This document shows positions 35,819-42,450 of a stretch of 64,000 bases of DNA, piece after piece (position 1 is the first letter of the stretch; every line of letters begins with the position of its first letter). Both the position numbers and the translations under genes were made by a program. Origin of the DNA: a virus. The DNA lies in IMG/VR virus record IMGVR_UViG_3300045988_142756, one strand, 5' to 3'. The notes under the pieces are model-generated. The model made no database searches. It saw only the letters and a program-made list of their open reading frames with translations, and had not been told where the DNA came from.

Positions 35819-35831
35819 ACTATCAGCTCCA
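35806..35831 (+). repeat. 13-bp tandem duplication of the tRNA-Thr 3' end (ACTATCAGCTCCA x2)
   Basis: 35806-35818 is identical to 35819-35831. Confidence 0.9.
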
Positions 35832-35862
35832 TATCATAATCGTTCATTGATTTAACTCCGGG

Positions 35863-35896
35863 AAAAACAGTCAGTAGAAATATTGGCTGTTTTTTC
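35863..35896 (+). terminator. rho-independent terminator after the tRNA cluster
   Basis: Stem AAAAACAGTCA / TGGCTGTTTTT with a T-run. Confidence 0.6.
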
Positions 35897-35897
35897 T

Positions 35898-35928
35898 TTT
35901 ACAAAATTACTATAAAATATAGTATAAT
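35898..35928 (+). promoter_or_regulatory. promoter-like TTTACA-19-TATAAT followed by TTGTAAAGGA
   Basis: TTTACA at 35898-35903 and AGTATAAT ending at 35928. Confidence 0.5.
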
Positions 35929-35993
35929 TTATTGTAAAGGATATACGAAATTGTATATAATAAAATAAACTAAATAAAAGTGAGGTAAGCGTA

Positions 35994-36743
35994 ATGTTTT
36001 ATAACATTCTAAAGCGTGAGAACAATGTTCTTGTATTAACTAAAATTCCATCAGACAAAAATTTTAATGAACTTAAATACAGTTATTCCAGAATCCCTAT
36101 GTCAGATACTGATACTGAAAATCTTTTGAAATGGCTTAAAGACAAAGGGGAAGAGGATATAGTATTTAATTTTATGAAAAACGGTAAAACCGAAATCGAC
36201 CCTAAGAAATATCCAGAAGTTTTACAATCATTTTTTAAGAAAATCGCAATAGCAAAAGAAAATGGGAATTATGAAGATGTGCCTAATAAAGTATTAGATT
36301 CTGATATACCTGGTACTTCTGCATTGTTACGCAATAAAGATAAAACAGTTATCAAAATTGTAAGAAGAAGTGACGATAAAACTAAACTAAATAAAGTCTG
36401 TATTTCAAATGCGATAAGAGAAAACTTTTTCCGCGACGCAAAAGCACTACACGGTAGACCTGTAAGTGGTAACTATTGTATTTACATTGAAGACGGAGAA
36501 GCGTTTTATTACTGGAATAATCTTATGGATAATATTTATTATAACCTGTATAATAAAGTCACTTCTAATAAAGATTTGAAGGCACAAATAACCGATGGCG
36601 TATTTATGTGCGAAATGGATAGTAGATTATCTTTACCACAAGCACGAAATTATAAAATGTGCGGCGGGTGTAAAAATTGCACTAAATGCTGGAATAAACA
36701 AAATAAAGAATATCTAAATAAAAACTTCGGTACAAATTATTAA
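35994..36743 (+). CDS. hypothetical protein with C-terminal Cys cluster (CGGCKNCTKC)
   Basis: GTGAGG RBS. 249 aa. Confidence 0.6.
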   Translation: MFYNILKRENNVLVLTKIPSDKNFNELKYSYSRIPMSDTDTENLLKWLKDKGEEDIVFNFMKNGKTEIDPKKYPEVLQSFFKKIAIAKENGNYEDVPNKVLDSDIPGTSALLRNKDKTVIKIVRRSDDKTKLNKVCISNAIRENFFRDAKALHGRPVSGNYCIYIEDGEAFYYWNNLMDNIYYNLYNKVTSNKDLKAQITDGVFMCEMDSRLSLPQARNYKMCGGCKNCTKCWNKQNKEYLNKNFGTNY

Positions 36744-36756
36744 GGGGATAATAATT

Positions 36757-37023
36757 ATGCAGAGAGATGTATTGAATGATGACTTTAATGGATTTACTCA
36801 CAAATATAAATATAACGCTGTACTAAAAGATGTTAAGATTTGTGCTCACAATTATTATAACCGACTTCACCCTTATCAGGCGAGCGTAATGAAAATAAAT
36901 AAACTTATCAAAGAAGTAATGGAAGAAACAGGACTTGACGAATTAGACAGTGCTGAAATATTAAGAAGACGACTCAGATTTCAATACAGAGATGCATTAG
37001 AAGACGGGAGGATAAAAGAATGA
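36757..37023 (+). CDS. hypothetical protein
   Basis: AAGGGG RBS. Confidence 0.55.
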   Translation: MQRDVLNDDFNGFTHKYKYNAVLKDVKICAHNYYNRLHPYQASVMKINKLIKEVMEETGLDELDSAEILRRRLRFQYRDALEDGRIKE

Positions 37024-37268
37024 TTATAACAAGAAAAGTAGCGTGTTTAGGTACAATAGAAGATTTTAAGAGATTTACAAATTCATATAATCTTGGAGTA
37101 TCTTATATAGGAAAACCCAAAGCAATGGATATTAACGGCACCTGTTATTATCTTATAACTAACGATACTGATTTTGAAAATACTAAGTTCGATGGGTATT
37201 GTATAATAAATGAAGAATGGAAAAGAATAATTAACTTATATAATATAGTTGATAATAGGACAGTATAA
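37020..37268 (+). CDS. hypothetical protein
   Basis: GGGAGG RBS. ATGA overlap with the upstream stop. Confidence 0.55.
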   Translation: MIITRKVACLGTIEDFKRFTNSYNLGVSYIGKPKAMDINGTCYYLITNDTDFENTKFDGYCIINEEWKRIINLYNIVDNRTV

Positions 37269-37280
37269 GGAGTACAGAAA

Positions 37281-37697
37281 ATGACGCTTAAAGAATTATT
37301 GATACAATATGGAAACACAACCGACCCGGTCCAGGAAGCAGAAATTATAGAAAGGTGGTTTGTTGAAAACGACTTTGAAGATTTAGGACTCTCTATGATT
37401 GCTCGCTTGTCGGCAAAGAAAATCAAAAAATTACAAGATAAGTTATCGTTTGCACAGTCGTGGATTCCAAACAAAATTGATATGAATGTGAACAAAGAGT
37501 TTGCTAACGATAAGACAACTGCTGATATGCTAAATAAAATTATAACATATTGTATGCTGTCTATGTCATTGCCAGACGACATTGTTGAATGGGCAAAAAC
37601 AAATATTCCTAACATAAACGTGCCAAGATTCTTTTTTATGCCGACAGTAAAATATCTTAGAAAAAGATATGATATAGAGTTTAAGGATAAACCATAA
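37281..37697 (+). CDS. hypothetical protein
   Basis: AAGGAG RBS. Confidence 0.55.
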   Translation: MTLKELLIQYGNTTDPVQEAEIIERWFVENDFEDLGLSMIARLSAKKIKKLQDKLSFAQSWIPNKIDMNVNKEFANDKTTADMLNKIITYCMLSMSLPDDIVEWAKTNIPNINVPRFFFMPTVKYLRKRYDIEFKDKP

Positions 37698-37718
37698 TGG
37701 GATTTTTAGGAGATAGTA

Positions 37719-38036
37719 ATGAAAACAATTTACGCAATAGATTATTTAGATAAATTTTTCACAGTAGAAATTCCTGTTATGTCTGAAAATGATACTATGT
37801 ATTTCTTAGATTATGACAGACTAACATACGAACAAAAGTATGCGACGGATTGGAATATAGCGTTAGATAAAGATAAAGAAGGAACTTATAACTGGACAAC
37901 AGACAAAGATAATTTTAATCAAATAAAAGAAAATTTTATTAAGAATAGAATATCACAGTTACAAGAAGATGTAAATTATGCAAATTCGATATTAAATAAC
38001 GCTGTTGCAAGTGCATACGAATTAGGTGTCGACTGA
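37719..38036 (+). CDS. hypothetical protein
   Basis: TAGGAG RBS. Confidence 0.55.
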   Translation: MKTIYAIDYLDKFFTVEIPVMSENDTMYFLDYDRLTYEQKYATDWNIALDKDKEGTYNWTTDKDNFNQIKENFIKNRISQLQEDVNYANSILNNAVASAYELGVD

Positions 38037-38221
38037 TGAATAATTTATCTAATATAGGTATGTTATATATTGTTATATACATATTATACTCTCTTGGTTT
38101 TATATTAACGGTAACAGGTGCTTTACTAAATGAGGCCATATCGTTCGGGTGTGGTATAATATGTACTATGGTAAGTATATTTTATTTGCTGTTCGGTATC
38201 TTTTCGGCGAGTGAAAAATGA
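38036..38221 (+). CDS. small two-TM membrane protein
   Basis: Hydrophobic MLYIVIYILYSLGFILTVTGALL and GIICTMVSIFYLLFGIF. Confidence 0.5.
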   Translation: MNNLSNIGMLYIVIYILYSLGFILTVTGALLNEAISFGCGIICTMVSIFYLLFGIFSASEK

Positions 38222-38658
38222 AAAAGAAATTAGAAGAATTTACATTAAGACAATTAAAAGATTTATGCGAGGAACAGAAGACTTGTGAAACCTGTCCTAT
38301 CGGCAAAGTAACAAAAGTATTTTGTGAAATATTAAAATCAGATTTATCAAATGAAATAGAATTTGGAGTAGTTGTAAAACCTACATATTACTTAAACAAC
38401 ATAACAACAGTTATAAATAACAGAATACCTAATATAGAAGTTGTTAAATATAAAGATCTGTATATCACCGGTGGCGAAAGGGATAAAGTATCATTATTCT
38501 TTACTGTTCGTCCTGGACAAAGATACGCATATATTCCTCGCATAACATTTAAGGTAGAATATACTTATTATAAGAGTAATTTTAATATTGATCTTGTAAC
38601 TTGGAATAGTTTAAGTGATATATATTTAATAGTATATTCTGATAGGAGAAGAAAATGA
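38218..38658 (+). CDS. hypothetical protein
   Basis: ATGA overlap. Intact ORF. Confidence 0.55.
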   Translation: MKKKLEEFTLRQLKDLCEEQKTCETCPIGKVTKVFCEILKSDLSNEIEFGVVVKPTYYLNNITTVINNRIPNIEVVKYKDLYITGGERDKVSLFFTVRPGQRYAYIPRITFKVEYTYYKSNFNIDLVTWNSLSDIYLIVYSDRRRK

Positions 38659-38807
38659 AAAAGTATAATTATCACGACACAACAGAAGAATATCTTATAG
38701 GTGTTCTCAATCATTTTGCTCAAATGGGTTATCGAATATTAACCGTAATACCTGAAATATATAAAGGAACTCAAATATATAAAATAATATATGAGGAAGA
38801 GACATAA
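38655..38807 (+). CDS. 50-aa ORF, below the ORF-track cutoff
   Basis: The ATG overlaps the upstream stop (ATGA). Encodes MKKYNYHDTTEEYLIGVLNHFAQMGYRILTVIPEIYKGTQIYKIIYEEET. Confidence 0.45.
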   Translation: MKKYNYHDTTEEYLIGVLNHFAQMGYRILTVIPEIYKGTQIYKIIYEEET

Positions 38808-38974
38808 TGACAGTAGATTATATTATTCACATATTAACAGTTACTAAGGATACATTAGAGGCGTATAAAAAAGCAAAAGGTGAAGAAAAATTACGGCTTG
38901 CTGAAAAACTACGACCTCTTTTACTTTATGTTTCAAAAAATTTATCAGAATTTTCAAATAAATTTTATAATTAA
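38807..38974 (+). CDS. 55-aa ORF, below the ORF-track cutoff
   Basis: The ATG overlaps the upstream TAA (TAATG). Encodes MTVDYIIHILTVTKDTLEAYKKAKGEEKLRLAEKLRPLLLYVSKNLSEFSNKFYN. Confidence 0.45.
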   Translation: MTVDYIIHILTVTKDTLEAYKKAKGEEKLRLAEKLRPLLLYVSKNLSEFSNKFYN

Positions 38975-38980
38975 CCCCTT

Positions 38981-39069
38981 AAAATAGTTTACAAAATTAA
39001 AAAAATAATATATAATATAATTGTAAATAAACAAAAGGGCAAAACCCTAAGGAGTTAAAAATGAAAGTA
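38981..39069 (+). repeat. promoter-leader-start cassette, copy B (see 24157-24244)
   Basis: About 90 percent identical to copy A over 88-89 nt. Confidence 0.85.
38988..39016 (+). promoter_or_regulatory. sigma-70-like promoter TTTACA-17-TATAAT
   Basis: TTTACA at 38988-38993 and TATAAT at 39011-39016. Confidence 0.65.
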
Positions 39070-39492
39070 AACAGCAAGGAACAAGCGTGGGTAGAGGCAG
39101 ATAAACTTTTTCCGACAGATTACATTAAAGACGAAAAGAAAAGTGATATAGCCGGTTATGATATATATTACAGCACTTGTGAAGGTGTAAACGCTTGGAT
39201 AAGTGATTTAGAAGATAGATTAGAAATCAACCTTGCAACAGGCGAAACGGTCAATATTTGGATAGAAGAGGAACCACAATTTAAGGAATACCAAATAGGT
39301 GATACACTGAAAGTTATAAACGATACGATATACGAAATTGACGATAAGGTTGATAACAAATTAGCGGAAATTACAGGAATAAGAGAAGCAAGAAACAAAT
39401 TATACGAAGCATATAAAGAGATAGCAAAAATATTAAAAGTACAACATCCAAACAGCGAACTATACACAAGATATAATTTACAAAACGCATAA
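39061..39492 (+). CDS. hypothetical protein
   Basis: AAGGAG RBS. First gene of the second accessory cluster. Confidence 0.6.
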   Translation: MKVNSKEQAWVEADKLFPTDYIKDEKKSDIAGYDIYYSTCEGVNAWISDLEDRLEINLATGETVNIWIEEEPQFKEYQIGDTLKVINDTIYEIDDKVDNKLAEITGIREARNKLYEAYKEIAKILKVQHPNSELYTRYNLQNA

Positions 39493-39543
39493 ATAAAACA
39501 ACAACCGAGTGGGGCGGTATATCCCCACAAAGGAGTTAAGAAA

Positions 39544-39762
39544 ATGAAAATCAATTGGTTCGATGAAGTAAAAACTATGTACGAGGCAGTTGTGTGGGAA
39601 GACGACAATAACCTATTGTTAGATGAAGACTACACAACAAAAGCAGAAGCATTTAAGGCTGTTAAGACGTTCAAAAAGAAGTATAAGGGCAAAGGTAAAC
39701 TTGAATGCTATGTAAGATTTTTTGACTTTGAAAATGACTGGGTACAAGATTACAATTTATAA
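39544..39762 (+). CDS. hypothetical protein
   Basis: AAAGGAGTTAAGAAAATG start context preceded by a GC hairpin (GTGGGG/CCCCAC). Confidence 0.55.
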   Translation: MKINWFDEVKTMYEAVVWEDDNNLLLDEDYTTKAEAFKAVKTFKKKYKGKGKLECYVRFFDFENDWVQDYNL

Positions 39763-39774
39763 GGAGTTAAGAAA

Positions 39775-39924
39775 ATGACAAGACAAGAAATGATTCAACT
39801 GTTAAAAATGGTAAAAACTGCAATTGCTGAAGATGTGAATAACGAGTTAGCAGGACATTCAATAGAGAAAGCATATTTTGCTATTGACGGCGTAATTGAA
39901 ACGTTGGAAGAAGGCGAAGAATAA
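39775..39924 (+). CDS. 49-aa ORF, below the ORF-track cutoff
   Basis: Has the same AAGGAGTTAAGAAAATG start context as the previous gene. Encodes MTRQEMIQLLKMVKTAIAEDVNNELAGHSIEKAYFAIDGVIETLEEGEE. Confidence 0.5.
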   Translation: MTRQEMIQLLKMVKTAIAEDVNNELAGHSIEKAYFAIDGVIETLEEGEE

Positions 39925-39932
39925 ATTGAACT

Positions 39933-40217
39933 ATGAAATCTTTATACTTACAAGAATTTATGGTAGATAATAATTGTACGCTGTGTGAAGCGATAAATTC
40001 ATATGTACAAGTGTGCAAAAACTTATCTACTTATTTATCTACAATGTTAAATAAGTCAGTCGTTATAACGCCTGTATTTAAGAAATTAGATAAAGGAATA
40101 GTTGTAGGGGCACAGCATTGGCAAGACGGCATAATGATAAAAGAATATTTCCATTATGACTTCTGTAAAGAAGCAATGGAAAAAGAAATATATAAATTTA
40201 TACAGGAGAACAAATAA
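39933..40217 (+). CDS. hypothetical protein
   Basis: Intact ORF in the operon. Confidence 0.5.
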   Translation: MKSLYLQEFMVDNNCTLCEAINSYVQVCKNLSTYLSTMLNKSVVITPVFKKLDKGIVVGAQHWQDGIMIKEYFHYDFCKEAMEKEIYKFIQENK

Positions 40218-40218
40218 A

Positions 40219-40422
40219 ATGAAATTAGCAGACAGACAAGCAAAATTAGACGCCCACAAATGGGAAATGAGCCAAAAAGCAGGACACGATACTTGCGGAG
40301 AATATGATTTCTGTGCATATTGTAAAGGTGAAGAAGAATTCCCTTGTGCAAGGGCGTATGACAGATTTGACAGAGAATTAAGGTCGACTTCTGCGTACAG
40401 AAAAGACAAGAAAAAGAAATGA
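40219..40422 (+). CDS. small Cys-containing protein
   Basis: The ATG at 40219 follows a CAGGAG RBS. Encodes MKLADRQAKLDAHKWEMSQKAGHDTCGEYDFCAYC... Confidence 0.5.
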   Translation: MKLADRQAKLDAHKWEMSQKAGHDTCGEYDFCAYCKGEEEFPCARAYDRFDRELRSTSAYRKDKKKK

Positions 40423-40853
40423 AATTTACTATAATACATAATAATAAAGAATATCTTATCGACGCTAATAGTTTTAGTGAAGCAAGAAAAAAATTATTAG
40501 ATATGTCGTTTACACAATCCGACGCCATAGACAAATGTAATTCTTTGGGTAGACAGTTTATAAACCATTTTGATAAGATATATAAAAATCCTAAAAGTCA
40601 ATCTGTAAATCACTGGATAACAGAAATGACAAATGGGTGGAAGGAAGTTAAACAGATTAGATTAAAAGCAGATAATAAACCTATATCTAATTCTAAACTT
40701 CACGACTGGTTTTTTACCGTTGGTTCATACCCAGAGGACGTCATAACTCGGCCTATAAACGGTGAGTTAGAGTGCTATGATATATTTATATTCAAGGTAT
40801 TAAACGGCTGTGCTATAAAGGAATCTTTACGCGAAAGCGGCGTTAAAATTTAA
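40419..40853 (+). CDS. member 1 of the N-terminal-module family (module + helical domain)
   Basis: N-terminus MKFTIIHNNKEYLIDANSFSEARKKLLDM fits the family consensus (see findings). Confidence 0.55.
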   Translation: MKFTIIHNNKEYLIDANSFSEARKKLLDMSFTQSDAIDKCNSLGRQFINHFDKIYKNPKSQSVNHWITEMTNGWKEVKQIRLKADNKPISNSKLHDWFFTVGSYPEDVITRPINGELECYDIFIFKVLNGCAIKESLRESGVKI

Positions 40854-40898
40854 TTTATAATAATCTTTATATAATAATTTTGTAAAAAAGGAAATACT

Positions 40899-41180
40899 AT
40901 GATATCATATACAAGCAGAGTAGAAACATATACTAACTTCGGCGAGGATATAAAAAGAAATTGTGAACATCTTATAAAACTCGCTGAACAAGTAGATTCA
41001 GTACTAAATACATATTCAACTGATGTACAAGATATAGACGCACAAAATCAAGCACACCAGATGTATTTAGCATTAAATCACGAAGTAAAAGAACTCGCAA
41101 CTATATTAAATAGTATAAATGATGAAAATGGTCGACTTGATAGACTTTCAAATACATTACGACAAAGGGAAGGGCAATGA
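40899..41180 (+). CDS. hypothetical helical protein
   Basis: AAAGGAA RBS. Confidence 0.5.
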   Translation: MISYTSRVETYTNFGEDIKRNCEHLIKLAEQVDSVLNTYSTDVQDIDAQNQAHQMYLALNHEVKELATILNSINDENGRLDRLSNTLRQREGQ

Positions 41181-42355
41181 AAACTTATAAGATAACCAGA
41201 GGTAATAAACAATATGTAATAAAAGCAAAAGATACTTATTCTGCTGTTGCTAAATTACAGACTTTTTTGAAAGACAGTGAACCTATAGAAGATGATAGGT
41301 TATCTCCTATGACTTACAAAAAGTTAAAGGAAATGGGTTACAATTCAGACAAATGGAGAAATCTCACACAGGAAGAAGCAAACAAAATAGTTGCTAAATC
41401 TGAGACAAGTGCTAAACCCAAAACTGAAACGCCTAAGCAAGAAACTAAACAACCAAAAAATAATTCAGGTGCTGTTAAAAGTGAACTCGGTAACACTATA
41501 AGTTCCGATTTAGTTAAAAAATATCCTAATCTACATAAAGACTTAGGTAAGTTAGCGTCAGCGAATAGCAGAGTTCGTGAATTATCTAATTCAAATAATG
41601 GAAAAGATAAAGAAAAAGCATACGCATTGAGTGATAAGATTGCGGCTTATTTAGATAAGCATTATCCGGATACATTAGGGGATGATTTAGGTGCGGATTC
41701 ACTTTTAGATACTATTGGTGACGAAGATAGGTTTGAAGAAGCATTTTTGGATATCCTTGAAAATGGTAAACCAGAAGAAGCACCGGAAGAAACCGAATCT
41801 GTTAAATCAGAAGAAGGTCCAAGCAAGGAACTTCAAGAACTTATTGCTAATAAACCTAATACTTTAGAATCTGCAACTGAACAAGGTAATAAGTTATGGG
41901 AGCAGATAAATAAAGATATTGCAAAACGTGGTTCAAACATTGTTAAAGCAAACGATGGCAGTGATTATACATTTGATATAACTGACGGCTCAAGTTATTC
42001 AAAAGCGTATAAAGCGGCATTGGCTGGTGCACCTGTATCAGTAAATGGGTATGAAGCAAAAATTGAAAATCTTTCACCCGATGGGTATTTAAGAGCGTGC
42101 GCAACACAAAAAGAACAATCAGTTAAACAAATGATGGAAGACCGCATAGATGAAAATTATTATAAATTAGTTAAAGAATTAGGTAAATCTAAAACTATAA
42201 ATAATTCTATATGGTTAGACCGGAATGCAAATCAACAAGAAGGTATTCATAGAGCAATGGCTCTTAAAAAATTAGGTGTAGAAACTATTCCTACCTTAGT
42301 GGTATCAAATAAACAAGTACCAGAAGAACAAAAAGATAAATATTTATCATTTTAA
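41177..42355 (+). CDS. member 2 of the N-terminal-module family, with C-terminal ParB/Srx-like domain
   Basis: N-terminus MKTYKITRGNKQYVIKAKDTYSAVAKLQTFLKD. C-terminus QQEGIHRAMALKKLGVETIPTLVV resembles the ParB N-domain DGxHRxxAxxxxGxxxIP. Confidence 0.55.
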   Translation: MKTYKITRGNKQYVIKAKDTYSAVAKLQTFLKDSEPIEDDRLSPMTYKKLKEMGYNSDKWRNLTQEEANKIVAKSETSAKPKTETPKQETKQPKNNSGAVKSELGNTISSDLVKKYPNLHKDLGKLASANSRVRELSNSNNGKDKEKAYALSDKIAAYLDKHYPDTLGDDLGADSLLDTIGDEDRFEEAFLDILENGKPEEAPEETESVKSEEGPSKELQELIANKPNTLESATEQGNKLWEQINKDIAKRGSNIVKANDGSDYTFDITDGSSYSKAYKAALAGAPVSVNGYEAKIENLSPDGYLRACATQKEQSVKQMMEDRIDENYYKLVKELGKSKTINNSIWLDRNANQQEGIHRAMALKKLGVETIPTLVVSNKQVPEEQKDKYLSF

Positions 42356-42396
42356 TAAATAAAAACATTTATCAAATACAAAATAAAATATATATT

Positions 42397-42450
42397 GATT
42401 CCTTTGATTCTATACAATATATTTGTATAACTAATCAAAGGAATTTTTTT
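42397..42450 (+). terminator. long hairpin plus T7 immediately upstream of, and including, the terminase RBS
   Basis: ATTCCTTTGATT (42398-42409) pairs with AATCAAAGGAAT (42433-42444). Inner TATACAA/TTGTATA pair. T7 at 42444-42450, then ATG at 42451. Confidence 0.55.

Noticed and set aside
35744-35831. A prophage attachment site or lysogeny module at the tRNA cluster
   Set aside because: No integrase, excisionase or CI-like repressor is recognisable in the window, and genes continue co-linearly on both sides. Only the 13-bp duplication is reported, without claiming an att site.
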